A stretch of DNA of 64,000 nucleotides from Negaprion brevirostris (taxonomy: Eukaryota), in the NCBI GenBank assembly GCA_030324005.1, contig JARDVH010000097.1:63362674-63426673 (forward strand), given 5' to 3'. The notes beneath the pieces are model-generated. The model searched no databases. It was not told the DNA's origin and saw nothing but the letters and a program-made list of their open reading frames with translations. Made by a program: the position numbers and the translations under genes. Positions 23,721 to 37,518 of this stretch are shown piece after piece (the stretch's first letter is position 1; every line of letters begins with the position of its first letter).

Positions 23721-24819
23721 CTTTTATGTTGGCTTCCAGTTTAGTTTAAAAAATCGTTTTGAATGTAATCATCAGAATGAAGCAAAAAGGAGAACTGCTC
23801 CTATCCACTTTATCACTGAGGAGACCGGCTGATGTGTTTGCAATTCCTCCCCTCTTCACCTGTAATCCTGATGAGAAGTTTGAAAACTGTATTTACTAGG
23901 ATTATTTGCACATTAGATTGAATTTTCAAGCAGTTACACTTTAATCTTCTCTCTTTTTGATGTCGACACTTAGTGGCTGAATTATGTAGCACTTACTCCA
24001 GGTGGTAACTAGGAATTACCTTGTTGTACGTTGCTTTGTCTTGAAGTGCCTTATGATGTTTAGTGCCAGATCAGTTGTTGGTGAGCCAAATGGTTCTTGG
24101 TGCTCAGTTTCACCTATGCTTAAATGTGGTTTTAATCTCATTTTTCTGATGTGGATTACTGATGAAATGATGGCTGAAGCATTATTTCAGACATCCCATT
24201 TAAATGATCAGTGAGTAAATGTGTTTCGTCTCAAGCACTGCCGTTTGCTCAAGCATTAAGGTGTAATCCTGCAGATCAAAGAGAATAGGCTAGAAAAACT
24301 GCATTCCAATAATCTGGATAAAATTTTGTTAGAGCTAATTTTCTTGAATTTGTATCTTCTACTTGTATATGGATGACATTCATGTCTACTTCTGCAACAA
24401 CGGTCTTGACCCCTCTATTGCCTTTGCACCAGATTTTCCCAAATCTTTCTCCACTATGACCCCATTTTAATGCTTGAAAATTATCAGTGTGACCCCAGAA
24501 TGAGATCAGGAATTACAAATGCAGATAAGTCCACCTGATGTTCAGCTGGTAAATATAATTGTGAGCTTGGCAGGACCAACTGAGAGTGTCTATTACAAGA
24601 GGTCTTTAAATTAAAGAGAAAAGGTTTATAATTTCAGCACATTTCAGTGAGAGAATGCCTTCCTATTGTACTACAAAAATGGGTGTGGCATTAACTTGTG
24701 GGTTCAACCAGGACGTATACCTGCATAATTCATAATTGTCTAGATAGCTGCACAACTTCAAATGGTTTGAGCTTGTCTACCATCTCAAACTTACTCATAA
24801 GTGTCGCCCCTTAGTCATT

Positions 24820-24995
24820 TCTGGAAAAAGATCCCCAACGTGCTTCAGTTTTCATGATGAGTGGATCTCCTCAATTTTGGAGTCGCTCTTGTAAATCTTT
24901 TTTAGACATTCTCCAATGCCTCTGTGTTCTTTTATAATATGGAGACCAGACAGCTCACAGTACTCCCAAGTGTGGTCTCATCAACATTGATTTAA
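24820..24995 (-). mobile_element. CR1 ORF2 fragment
   Basis: cacagtactcccaagtgtggtct is antisense of RPHLEYC; same region as in other CR1 copies. Confidence 0.65.
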
Positions 24996-25609
24996 GTTTA
25001 GCATTTTTTAATTTATGTTTTTGACATATGCTTTGAGGGGGCCAGTGGGAGCAACTGCCCTCGTGCCTCCACTAAGCAGATACCCAGGCTAAACAGCATG
25101 GTGAATGGGATGTAAGTATTAAATCACTAAAAGCAAAAACCCTCTCAGAGCAAATGAATTAGATTTTTATTTTGAAACAGAAACAGGAAATCCTGGAATA
25201 GCCCACATGTTAATCAGTGATGTAAAATGAATCAAAGGTTAATATTTCAGGTATAACACAGTCATCAAGCCGATTACTTTATATCAGATTGTTTTAATTT
25301 TTCAGATTTACATCACNNNNNNNNNNNNNNNNNNNNNNNNNNNNNNNNNNNNNNNNNNNNNNNNNNNNNNNNNNNNNNNNNNNNNNNNNNNNNNNNNNNN
25401 NNNNNNNNNNNNNNNNNNNNNNNNNNNNNNNNNNNNNNNNNNNNNNNNNNNNNNNNNNNNNNNNNNNNNNNNNNNNNNNNNNNNNNNNNNNNNNNNNNNN
25501 NNNNNNNNNNNNNNNNNNNNNNNNNNNNNNNNNNNNNNNNNNNNNNNNNNNNNNNNNNNNNNNNNNNNNNNNNNNNNNNNNNNNNNNNNNNNNNNNNNNN
25601 NNNNNNNNN

Positions 25610-25700
25610 ATACTCTACACATCTGTTATTCCTGCCAAAGTGAATTACCTCACACTTTTCTGCATTAAACTCCATCCGCCACCTCTTGGCCCAGCTCCTC
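25610..25700 (-). mobile_element. CR1 ORF2 fragment next to a gap
   Basis: WAKRWRMEFNAEKCEVIHFGRNN. Confidence 0.85.
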
Positions 25701-26974
25701 ATCCTAGGAGACTCCATCAAATCCCCCATGGATCCTCCAGCGATCCTCCTGCCCATCTATGCAACCGCTGCTCCCCCCCGCACTTCCTCCCTGACCAGCA
25801 AGGAAGCATAGCTTCTTCACCATCTCTGTGACACAAGGCCTTGGGGAGCTGCTACACAACACTATTCACACCTGGTCAGAGTCCGAAGGTTGCATGAGAA
25901 AAGAGCACCTCATTTCCAGAGAAGTAGGAGCAAAGTGACCAACGGACTCTGATTGCCACTCTACATGGGCAGATTTCAGGATAAATCTTGGATTGTAAAT
26001 AATAAGCAGACACTTATATATCACACCATATGTCAGGGAGCAAACAAGATGAATGGTGAGCATTGGCCAGGTGAAATGAAGAAAATACATGGGGCAAGAT
26101 GGAGACTGGAGTTTCAGCTGGCTTCTAGAGCTGTGAAGTGACTGGTGAAGCAAGCTGGCTTTTGTAGACAATTCCATTGAATGGAGGAATTTTAATTCCG
26201 CTATTAATCTTTAATAATGGACAAGAGAGAGTGGAGAATTATCGGTAATCTTGAATCAATAGAGCTTTCCAAATAATGTGTTGTGGCATTCCCTCTATTG
26301 AGAGCTAACCTCCTAATTTGATTTTCATTGATATATGTTTCTGCCAACAGAAATACTACATCATTACTTTCAACCAGCAGTATCTGCTTTGAGAATACAT
26401 GATGTCCATAGGATAAACAATTGGTTCTGGCCGAACCTTCAGTGGAGTTCTGGTGCTTCAAGCAAACAACTTCAAGTTGAATCACAAACTTTAAAATCCT
26501 GCAACCATGTACTGTCTCTGGCTAAAATGACAGCCAGAATAGGTCACTACAGAGGCCGAGTGATTTATTCTAGAACGTGAAAGACTCTAATTCCAAGTAC
26601 ATAACAGATTTAATGGCATCAACTGCTATTTATTACCATGTTTAAATGAAAATTACTAGCAACTTATACCTATGCAATGTGTGCCATATGGTTGGATGAG
26701 AAACAACTTTTTGTATAGACTTGTCAGTTTGAGTTCCCATTCTTTTGCATGGGATATTGATGAATTTAAATAGGACTGTTTTCTCTGAGCCCTGTTTAAA
26801 TGTTATTGCTTTATTTACATTGATGAAGACATTCACACTTACATTCATTTGTTCCATCTCTTGCTGTTTTATGCATCACTAGATCATTTGGAAAAATCCA
26901 AACTCCACTTGGCCTTTCAAAAAGTCTCTATTTGAACCATTGACTTTTACGAGAAAAAGCAAATGTTTGACATT

Positions 26975-27230
26975 TAAGAACATAAAAATACAAGAACTAA
27001 GAGTAGGACTGGACCATTCAATTCGACAAGCATGCACTGCCAGTCAATATGATCATGGCTGATTTTTCACCTCGGCTACACCTTCCCATGCTATCTCCAT
27101 GTCCCACATTCCCGATACTCTCTGACTTGTAAATGCTCAGCCATTTAATACCTCTATGTTTGAGATAAAGAATTCCAATGAGTCGCCACTCTTTGGCTGA
27201 AGACATTTCTCTTCTCATCTGAAATGTCCC
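26975..27230 (-). mobile_element. CR1/HER1 3' end, decayed
   Basis: taagaacata…gagtaggac..gaccattca…atcatggctgat…gaattcca…ccactctttggctgaagacattt. Confidence 0.7.
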
Positions 27231-27329
27231 AACCTTATGCAGGCTTTTTTGATCGTGTACCCCAAATCGGATTTACCAACATTTTGCATATCCATACAGA
27301 CAGTTTCCTTTTTAACTACCTTCTAATGG

Positions 27330-28323
27330 NNNNNNNNNNNNNNNNNNNNNNNNNNNNNNNNNNNNNNNNNNNNNNNNNNNNNNNNNNNNNNNNNNNNNNN
27401 NNNNNNNNNNNNNNNNNNNNNNNNNNNNNNNNNNNNNNNNNNNNNNNNNNNNNNNNNNNNNNNNNNNNNNNNNNNNNNNNNNNNNNNNNNNNNNNNNNNN
27501 NNNNNNNNNNNNNNNNNNNNNNNNNNNNNNNNNNNNNNNNNNNNNNNNNNNNNNNNNNNNNNNNNNNNNNNNNNNNNNNNNNNNNNNNNNNNNNNNNNNN
27601 NNNNNNNNNNNNNNNNNNNNNNNNNNNNNNNNNNNNNNNNNNNNNNNNNNNNNNNNNNNNNNNNNNNNNNNNNNNNNNNNNNNNNNNNNNNNNNNNNNNN
27701 NNNNNNNNNNNNNNNNNNNNNNNNNNNNNNNNNNNNNNNNNNNNNNNNNNNNNNNNNNNNNNNNNNNNNNNNNNNNNNNNNNNNNNNNNNNNNNNNNNNN
27801 NNNNNNNNNNNNNNNNNNNNNNNNNNNNNNNNNNNNNNNNNNNNNNNNNNNNNNNNNNNNNNNNNNNNNNNNNNNNNNNNNNNNNNNNNNNNNNNNNNNN
27901 NNNNNNNNNNNNNNNNNNNNNNNNNNNNNNNNNNNNNNNNNNNNNNNNNNNNNNNNNNNNNNNNNNNNNNNNNNNNNNNNNNNNNNNNNNNNNNNNNNNN
28001 NNNNNNNNNNNNNNNNNNNNNNNNNNNNNNNNNNNNNNNNNNNNNNNNNNNNNNNNNNNNNNNNNNNNNNNNNNNNNNNNNNNNNNNNNNNNNNNNNNNN
28101 NNNNNNNNNNNNNNNNNNNNNNNNNNNNNNNNNNNNNNNNNNNNNNNNNNNNNNNNNNNNNNNNNNNNNNNNNNNNNNNNNNNNNNNNNNNNNNNNNNNN
28201 NNNNNNNNNNNNNNNNNNNNNNNNNNNNNNNNNNNNNNNNNNNNNNNNNNNNNNNNNNNNNNNNNNNNNNNNNNNNNNNNNNNNNNNNNNNNNNNNNNNN
28301 NNNNNNNNNNNNNNNNNNNNNNN
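27330..28323. other. Assembly gap (largest of many N runs)
   Basis: About 1 kb of N. Other gaps, such as 1473-1572, 9970-10069 and 16061-16160, are exactly 100 N (placeholders). Confidence 0.98.
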
Positions 28324-28324
28324 C

Positions 28325-28505
28325 AATCAATCTAACCCGCATATCTTTGGACTGTGGGAGGAAACCAAAGCTTCTGAAGAAAACCCATGCAGACACGAGG
28401 AGAATGTGCAAACTCCACATAGACAGTGACCCAAGGCCGGAATTGAACCTGGGTCTTTGATGTTTGGAAGCAGCAGCGCTAACCACTGTGCCACAGTGCT
28501 GCCCT
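28325..28505 (-). mobile_element. HE1/V-SINE 5' part
   Basis: tctttggactgtgggaggaaacc…gaattgaacctgggtc…gctaaccactgtgccac. Confidence 0.9.
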
Positions 28506-30194
28506 AGGGTGGTCACATAGTGATTAATATTCTCCTCTTCCTGAACTTTACTGTTAAACACCTAGCTTGCATAAATGACGTTAATAGAAGGCTCAAAGTG
28601 GGATCTCAAAATTTCACACTGCCCCTCAGTGAGATCTAAGATGTGAAATTGCTTGTAGCATTCTTCATCACTTGTTAAGATTTTTTAACTTTTATTTGTG
28701 GAGGTTTCTTGTTCAATTCTGTAGCGATCATAATTCTATACTTGAGATTGGACCTTCTCGATCTCCCTTCATTTCAACAGTAGCAGATACTGAAATATTC
28801 AAACCAAACATGGCTCACCAAACAGCCAATGTCCTGTTCAAAGCTGCAAACTGAAGTTTGAGCTATTTTTTGACTTTTTTGCATTTAGTTCTCCTTGCAG
28901 AAATCAAAATCCACTTGGTCCCAGTTATACACTTCTGACACCATATTCCATGTGGTGGACCCAATGGCCTCTGCCCAACTCCAATATGTAAATTTATATC
29001 ACAACATGGAAGATCACAAGAATATGATAAGCCTCAATGCATAAAGGTATTCATCCAAATAGAGAGACACTTAACATATTTTCAGGTTTCCCATGGAACA
29101 TTGGAGATCCCTTGCACCACTCTGCTCCCACCTCCCCCCCCCCCACAACCCGGCGCGCGCCTGCACACACACGCGCGCCCACACACCTCCCAGCATCTTT
29201 ACATATTCAAATGTAGCCCATAATTTCTTCCCCTGTCACTGCCCTTTAATGTTGCCCTGTAGTGAGTTCTCAGTCCTCCCTAAGCTGTTACTGTATAGTA
29301 CAATGAAATTTGATCTAATTTCATTTCATTGTAGCTAGCTTTGTACTGGTGTTAGGAAATAGGAATTTTCACACAAACAATCAAGAGTAAAAAACTCGAC
29401 CTCAGTCCCTTTGACACTTTCACTGTGGAACAGATGTAAACTCAAAAGAAATTTCTGTTTTCACAGGCCTTGTGAAAGGGCGGTAGATAAGCTTGTCACC
29501 TTGTGAAACAAGATGAAGTGGCAGAACCTTGAAATGAGCAGGTTTGCTGCCAGTTGCAGAGTTTATACTCACCTGCTGCACGTACTTCAACCCAGTCAAT
29601 CAACTTGTCAAGGAAAGCTAATATTTACAGAAGTACTTGCTCATAAATCTTCCTGAGATTAGTGCCTGTTGTGACAGAATGCAGTGGAACATGGTTTTGT
29701 TCTTGTGATGCTTTTCTCTTGATTTGCAAAGCCCCAGAGTTAATCTATCTGCCACTTGGGCTGTTTCCAAGAAGCCATGAAACAGTCCAGAATAGTTTGT
29801 CATTTCCAATGGTTAGAGTTCGCCGTGTAGATTTCTTGGCAGCTGATGTGCGCAAAGTAGATTTGATTGTGGTATAGATACTGTTAGAAAAATCATTTTT
29901 TTTCTAATTCTAATTAGTGGCTGTCTAATTTCTAATTTCATTCCCACATTCCAGAAGCAATTTTAAAAAAAATTGTGATCAGAGCCAAGCTTATTTTGAT
30001 GAACAATGTGTGGGCAAGAGCATTATTGTGGCCACTCTCCAATCCTGGAACTTTGTTCCCAAAAAGAGTTTTTGAGTGATTAGATTGGCAACTATTTCCA
30101 GTATGTATCCAACTATCACCCTATACAATTAACAGGCACCATAAAGCAGAGTTGATGATCATTTATCTGTAATAAACTGTTCTACGCGTGCATC

Positions 30195-30432
30195 TATAGA
30201 GTCATAGAGGTTTACAGCATGGAAACAGGCCCTTCAGCCCAACTTGTCCGTGCTGCCCTCTTTTTAGAAACACCTAAGCTAGTTCCACTTGCCCGCATTT
30301 GGCCCAGATCCTTCTACACCCATCATACCCATGTAACTATCTAAATACTTTTTAAAATACAAAATTGTACCCATCTCTATTACTACCTCTGGCAGCTTGT
30401 TCCAGACATTCACCACCCTCTGTGTGAAAAAA
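30195..30432 (-). mobile_element. CR1 LINE 3' end
   Basis: atagagtcatagaggtttacagcatggaaacaggccctt…caccaccctctgtgtgaaaaa. Confidence 0.85.
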
Positions 30433-31681
30433 GCTATTTCCAGCTATGTCAGTCTAAAAGTTCAGATGCATTTGTGATCAGTTAATTGTTTGCAATGAAA
30501 GCCTGAAACAGCTCAATTTGCAGCTCCTATTTATGTTATCTGTTCTGCATTGATCAGCATTTTCTGATTTATTTCCAGTATTTGTAGTTTTTTTCTTTTT
30601 ACCTCTATTACATTCTGGTCTGGAAAACTTGAATTTGTTCTGAAAAAGTTGCAATTTGAGACTTTTTTTCTCTCTTACAAGCGTGTTGATGTGTGCTGGA
30701 TTAAGTGAACGGGCTTTTGGGAGTTAGTTTTGAAGGCTGCTGATGACAGCACCTTCACGAATAAATGGTTGTTAGTGAATGAAAACTGGAAAGGGGATAT
30801 GAGTCTATAAATTGGTGCAAAGGGAAGATGAGGCTAATATTGGTGGAGTCTTTTTACAAGTGAGGAGATTGCTTATTCTGATGCTGTGAATAATCTTGTT
30901 CAACAAACTGGAGATATTAAAATAAACCAATCCCTTTTTAACGTTCACCTCATTTGTAAGATGCTTCAGCCTCCAATAGATCATGCACTTTGTTCATTCA
31001 GTTCCAGACTATGAATCACTATTCATACATCAAAATCTAATTATCATCACTGCGAAATGCACTTCCTCAATCTCTCAGTCACTGGGGTGATAGAAGTTGC
31101 TCTTTTTGAACTTCTAGATGATGAGTCCTTAAAGTCTCTTCAGTCATCCACCCATCCATCTGCCTTTTAAATTTCTTTCTATCTGCACCCTTGTTTATAT
31201 TTCCATTTTATCATCTTGATCTAGTTGGATAACAGTTAACCTTGCAGCAAAATCCAACCACAATTTTTGGTGATTAAATTGAAATTGAGTTCCTTTAAAA
31301 AGGGTTAAAATAATTTAGACACTGAAACTTTGTTTTAATGAACTTTGGTAAAACAAATGAGGACAGCAGTTTATAGGATTGCATATGGCTAGTGTTGTAA
31401 CTCATTAGAAATCCCTGATCACAGAGAGAGTAATGCTAATTGAAGGACTGGGTTATTTAGGCTCCTTATGACTATATGGCGGGATAGAAAGAGAACCAAT
31501 ACTTCTTTGGTAATACGTTGACAGGATGGGGAGTAGTGGTGAGGCAGGGACTATCCAGCAAATCAGTAGCTCTGATAGAATGAAGCCGAATTTTCACTGT
31601 AAAGGTCCATGAGCAAATGTGGAAAGCAGCAGTTTCTCGATCACACTTTTCAATTTTTGATAGTCTAGTGTAAGGAACAAA

Positions 31682-31989
31682 GGGCAGGATTGTCCATCCC
31701 CCCCACCACCCCCACCACCAACCCCCCGCCCCCCCACCCCTCAGCAGGATGTTTNNNNNNNNNNNNNNNNNNNNNNNNNNNNNNNNNNNNNNNNNNNNNN
31801 NNNNNNNNNNNNNNNNNNNNNNNNNNNNNNNNNNNNNNNNNNNNNNNNNNNNNNCCAGCAGCGGGATCTTCCAGCCCCCCTGCTGCAAACAGATTTTCCC
31901 ATTGTTTGCACCCTCCACTGGCAGGTCATGGGTCACCGTTGAAAGGACTGGAAGATCCAGTCAGTGGGAAGAACTGGAAAACTTCAGCC
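31682..31989. mobile_element. MITE (gap inside)
   Basis: gggcaggattgtcc…ggactggaagatccag…ggaaaacttcagcc; interior shared with 14534-14756. Confidence 0.7.
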
Positions 31990-33032
31990 AAAATTAATTT
32001 TAAGTTTTGCAATCCAAAGTCTTGGGAGGTTCACCCCTGCCCTGTTTCTTCTGCCTGTCTGTGCTGATCAATGGTGACTGACAGTTATGTGTTACCCTTC
32101 ACCAAGTGTTCATTTTTTGGCTTTGAGCCATATTTTCCTGTGGCGATATTTATGGCCAAGCTTAATTTTATCACCAACAATTCTAATGTGTACTTTACAG
32201 TGAATCAGTAATGCCAATCCTGTTTGCTTGTCCTCTGTGACTTTGGAATAGATGTCTCCCCACTGCTGTCCATGTGGAATCAGCTAACTGAGCACAGCCC
32301 AGGGATTAAACCTGGGAGATCCCTAATCATGAAGGATATATCACTTTATACATGCGATCATTCATTGAGCAACAAAGAAGCTGGAGTGTTGAGACATTGG
32401 TTGCATTTCCATGCGAATATAATCAGGTATTTGCCAGTAATCCTTTCATAAAGATGGCATTCGCTATACTTCCTGCTGAACTTAATAATCATTTCTTTGG
32501 GAGGTGAAAATCAAATTGATTTTGGCAGAATAAATAAAAGTTCAGGTGGGGTTACAGGGATAGGGTCTGGGTGGGATTGTACGCAGGCTCAATGTGTCGA
32601 ACGGGCTTCTTCTGAAACTGTCTACATTTCTGGTTGACCTTTTACATTCAACCCTTTCCTTCAGGGGCTGTCTCAAATTCCAACTTGTCTGTGCAAATTC
32701 TATTTTCCAATGTACAGCAAAGCTACCAACTAATTTGAGGTTTTCACACACATTCTCCTAATTCCCACAGACCTTATATTGAAGTTACAGTGGATGATTG
32801 GGAAAACCAATACTTACTCTGTTTTGTGATGGAGACTCTTGGGAAGATGCTGCTTATTGTTTGGCACTCCCAGAAGCTTAAGTGAGTTTTTAAGGTGCCG
32901 TGAATGCATCCACTGAAAAACAATTCAGATGTTTAACAAACTTAATAAAAGTTTTTTTGCAGATTTGATGGCTTGGATAGACAAAGTAAATGTTGTAGAG
33001 GTCGGCCCTAGTTTTAACCAGGGGTGAGGAGT

Positions 33033-33162
33033 GGGCCGAAATTCCCCAACCTCGCCCGCAGTTAGGATTCTCCTGTCCCGCTGCAGTGAAGGGAAATTTG
33101 GCAGAGCACCAAATTCTCTGTTCCCACTGGGAGTGGGGCGTATGAGACCGAAGAATTCTGGC
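33033..33162. mobile_element. MITE, same family as 6233
   Basis: gggccgaaattccc…gaattctggc; interior (ctgcagt…ttggca.agc.ccaaattctc) resembles 6270-6320. Confidence 0.65.
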
Positions 33163-34139
33163 TGTGAGCTGCTCTGGATTTCATTAAGTTAGTGCTGGTC
33201 CGATTCTCTGACAGGAATAAAATATGAACGGGATGTGTACGGCAGGAGGCAGCCAATGCCAACCCAAGGAATGGTTCCTCAACAGTGTGGTAAGTAGATT
33301 GGGTGGGGTTCAGGATGAAATTCTCGACAGAGGAGGGAAACACTATGGACAGGGGAAAAACTTGGGGCATGGAAGGCCTGAGGAGTCCTTGATCCTCCAG
33401 GCCCACATGGAGACCTTCAATAACATTGAAAATATTTACTTATCTAGGCATCTTCTTACCAGTTTTTTTCATGCTCACTACCAAAATGCCATTGGTTCTG
33501 TTAGGACATCCAACCCAGGATAAAATAACATTAGGAATGATGTCCAGCCCAGATGTTTTGCACCCCTTTCCTAAAATATTACCTGAAAACAGCACCCTAA
33601 TACACATGTACACCAGTGGCATCTAACTGTACCTCACTATCACCTGTCTGAACCCCTCCACGAGCCCAAGATTGTCACTGCCTTGACTTTACCCAGGTGC
33701 CCTTACGAGATGGACAAAAGACAAGACTCAGTTTGCAGATTAACCCACATTTTATTAACAAGTCCTTATCATACAAGCTCTGTACAAAAGCAACTCTCAA
33801 TTGTCACAGTAGCTTAATATTTTGTGCTTTCTGTCTGAGATTTCTGACACCACTCAGGTCCATGAACTTGACTAAGTTGCCGTGTCCAGTTTGCTAAGCT
33901 CTGCTGTCTCTTAAACTCAGGGTCTTCTTTGCAAAGCTTGGTTTCACACACCCTCTTCCATTGTCGTTGAGTCTTCGCTGGGGTGGCCTTGAGGTGTCTC
34001 TTGTTATCCCCCTCTTTGCAACCTTCTGGAAGGTTCTTTGGCTTTCAGCCAATGAGGTCACTGAGCGATAGTCACAGCACCCAATGACGTTACTGATTCC
34101 ATACATGGAGAATGCCAGGGCCCTCCAGGCTAACTCCAG

Positions 34140-34430
34140 GCAGGCTAACAGAATGGACAGATGGCAGATGGAGTTTAATGTACATAAGCGAGGTAATACA
34201 TCTTGAGCAAAAGAACCGCTTAATAGAAAGATGCTGATGGATGTGGATGAACAGGGAACCCTTGGGCTTCAAATATATAATTCCCTGTAGGTCGATAAAA
34301 TTACCAAATTATCAAACCATCGATATGAGGAGAAACCATTGCTCAGAGCAGAAAAGGCTGCAGGGAAAATTAATTGGAGGTTTTTTAAATTGTAGAGAGT
34401 TGTGGCACAATGAATAGAAAAGACTTCCTT
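34140..34430 (+). mobile_element. CR1 ORF2 fragment, heavily decayed
   Basis: caggctaacagaatggacagatggcagatggagtttaatg (…WQMEFN…). Confidence 0.6.
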
Positions 34431-35529
34431 TTGGTTGGTGAGCAAGTTATTAAGAGGGGTAATGCATTGCCCTGATGTGGGATAAAGGCCAATGAAGATG
34501 TAATTTTTGTATTCTGACCTGTCCTATGTTAGTTGATTTCAGGTTGCATGGAGTAGGTGCTCTAACTGACTATAATGAGCTAAGGAGGGAAGATCACACC
34601 AAGGTTCCAGCTCCTGACTGCTGCTTAGCATGCTGTGCTGGAAAGGACATCTGTGTGGATGCCTGGGGAGAGTGTGATCAGACTTGTCTATGATGTACTC
34701 CAAATATGGTTGAATAGTCTGTGGACTGCCTGGGCTAACAGCTGAAGGACTGGCACTTTTGAAGGCTGCTGGATGGTATGAATGAAACTTCTCCACAACA
34801 AGGGTCAGTGCCCTGAGAGAAGGCAGAAAGGTAAAGGTGGGGATCCAAAAGAAACATCATTGTTTGGTTTTAAAGATTTTACTCATGAATCCAAAGATTT
34901 GAAATATTGGATAAAGGACAGATAATTCCAGATAAATCAAACAAACCAAGTGAGAGCACCTCCACAGAGCATTAATGCTGAGATAAGTTTATAACTGCAG
35001 TACACACGTATCAAAGGTCAGAGTGACAAAGCAATATAGCATCTTTTATTATGGATGGGCTAAAAATTCTCACAGTCTGGGAAATCCAAGTATTATCATG
35101 TTTAAGCAAATCAATGCTCAGATTGAAATAAAGCTGAACAGTATTTAGTTAAGTGCAATCAATTGATTAATCTAATTATTTGATTAATTTAGTTCTTGCT
35201 TAAGTGCCAGTTTGCTGCTGGCCAATCTGTGTTCATCTGCTCAGGATTTGGCTAAAAGTCATGAAATGAATGTGTGGTTTTTGGATCACTTTGAGATATC
35301 CATTATATCTCTCCTGTGTTAGCCATGTGTGCTCATTAAGCAGATCCTGCTGTTTATAAAGTGACCAACATTTGGTTAACTATGCTTTCTGAACTAAAAT
35401 ACATTCTGTACATTCTTTAATTGATTTTCTCTGAATGAAGCAATTTCTTATTCTTTAATTCTTTTGCACCAATTTAACCCCAGTGCTTCATATCTTCACT
35501 GAAGCTGCATATAGCTTTCTTCAGTATCT

Positions 35530-35835
35530 CGTGGCATGATAGCACAATGATTAGCACTGCTGCCTCATAGTAACAGGGACCCAGGTTCAATTTCAGGCTT
35601 GGGTGACTGTGTGGAGTTTGCATGTTCTCCCCGTGTCTGTGTGGGTTTCCTCCTGGTGCTCCGGTTTCCTTCCACAGTCCAAAGATGTGCAGGTCAGGTA
35701 GATTGGTCGTACTTAATGACCCCTTAGTGTACAAAGATATGTGGATTAGTGGGGTAAATACATAGGGTTATGGGATGGAACCTGCAGGTTCAGTGGGCCA
35801 AATGGCCTCCTTCTACACTGTAGGGATTCTATGAG
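35530..35835 (+). mobile_element. HE1 / V-SINE with CR1-type tail
   Basis: A/B-box head, V-domain ttctccccgtgtctgtgtgggtttcctcc…cacagtccaaagatgtg, tail gggccaaatggcctccttctacactgtagggattctatg. Confidence 0.9.
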
Positions 35836-37224
35836 ATAAGAATGAATCTTTGGGCCAAGGTCAGGGATCCTGCATCAGATTGTGGATTATGCTTGGTGGA
35901 CACAGGAGCCATTGGAGCTGCCATTGCATTTAGTCTCAAAATGGGAGAATCCCACCCATCATCTTTCTTTAAATATTATTTTTTCCTTTTGTTTTTTCTT
36001 CCATTGTCCTTGACATTTCTTTGAACTCAAATTTTCCAAAATATAAAAATCTTTCATGTTTTCCTATTGCCTCCTCTTTCAGGTCAAATAAAATGTCCTG
36101 TTTATTTATGAAACCTTTGTAAAAGTCCTTTCCTCCCCTTTGAAATTAAAAAGCCGAAAAGCAAAGTCCTTATCTATCTCCTAATGCAAATTTCTAAACT
36201 CAACCTATTTACAAATTCATTTCACCTTGGCTTCTCCTTTCAAATGCACCTTTGCCCCTTTTTATCTTTCAGCTCTTTCCATCAAGTTGTCTCTATTCAC
36301 GTTTTCCTAAATTACACATGCACACATGCAGACTTCTTAACAGATTAACGCAATATTCACCAAAAATATTTTAAAATACAACATCTGTCTTCAACCTATA
36401 CTGCTCCACATCGCAATCACAGAAATAGAGAGGGAGTGTGTGGCTGTCCAGTGACAGGCACCTTTGTGGCCACTGGCAAGGCATGCCCATCTGTTCCACT
36501 GTAAATGAGGTCTTGTTCAGATGGCTGCATCAGCGACCTGCTATGAGAGCCTGAACCCCCTGAAGCTCTGTTGCTCAGATGTGTTGGAAAATTAATCCTC
36601 TGTCTGTAAAAGTTGTGTAGAAGATCACACCCCCATCTATCTCTGGATCTCTGTGCTCATCCCCTCTGCCCTGTGGAGGGGCATGTGGTGGAGGACTAGG
36701 CAGCTTGTGTTGTCACTGGTGTTGCTCTTCCTACTGCCACTGGAGCTGGTGGTGTTGATATTGTTGCCCCTCTTATCCCTCATCAGAAGTGCATTGTGAA
36801 ACTATACAGATTGTTCCTGTGCCTGGTGAAGGCTAATAGCATGAAAGTGCAGTTGAAAATGAGTGAAATCTTGGACCAAGAAGTTAGCAATCACCTGTCA
36901 AGCAGTGCTAGCACATTCTGAGAGTTAAATTGCTTTGAACATCAATCTCTCACCTGACTGTGTCTGCAGCTCTTCAGTTTCACTAATCCCAACTTGTCAG
37001 TTTTATTGAGGATGCGTTCCAAGCTGCCAACTTGCCTCATTGACACTGGCGATTTGCTGACAGAATTGGAAACAGGCATCAAGGCAGTTAAAGGCAGAAT
37101 TGAGGGTTATAACAGCACACAGTAAGGATTATTTGAATATTTAGTTACTTACATAATAGCTGCATAGAGTCCCTTCTTGCCTATATACTTTGACCTAGTA
37201 AAACCCAATAGAGGACAGGCTGAT

Positions 37225-37518
37225 AGTTTTATTAGTTTATTTATTAGTGTCACGAGTAGGCTTACTTTAACACTGCGATGAAGTTAATGTAAAAATCCCT
37301 TAGTCGCCACACTTCGGCACTCGTTTGAGTACACAGGGCGAATTTAGCATGGCTGATGCACCATACCAGCTAATCTTTCAGACTGTGGGAGGAAACCGGA
37401 ACACCCGGAGGAAATCCACGCAGACATGGAGAGAATGTGCAGGCTCCGCTCAGACAGCGAATCAAGCTGGGAATCAAACCCAGCAGCAGTGCTAACCACT
37501 GTGCCACCATGCTGCCCT
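37225..37518 (-). mobile_element. V-SINE with taataaataaac-type tail
   Basis: gtttatttattagtgtcacgagtagg…gactgtgggaggaaaccgg…gctaaccactgtgccacc. Confidence 0.9.

Noticed and set aside
23860-23910. CUGAUGA-gaaguuu-GAAA inside a taatcct/aggatta hairpin as an intact hammerhead
   Set aside because: Stem II is only about 2 weak pairs, there is no proper stem III, and no NUH triplet is in register with stem I
27224-28561. Long ORFs of 336-412 aa (also 25308-25756, 45709-46233, 51493-52200)
   Set aside because: They consist mostly of X from N gaps and are artefacts
29130-29190. Alternating purine-pyrimidine (gc/ca) run with Z-DNA potential
   Set aside because: Short, interrupted microsatellite; a common feature
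35530-35610. tRNA gene
   Set aside because: These A/B-box sequences are tRNA-derived SINE heads with no cloverleaf
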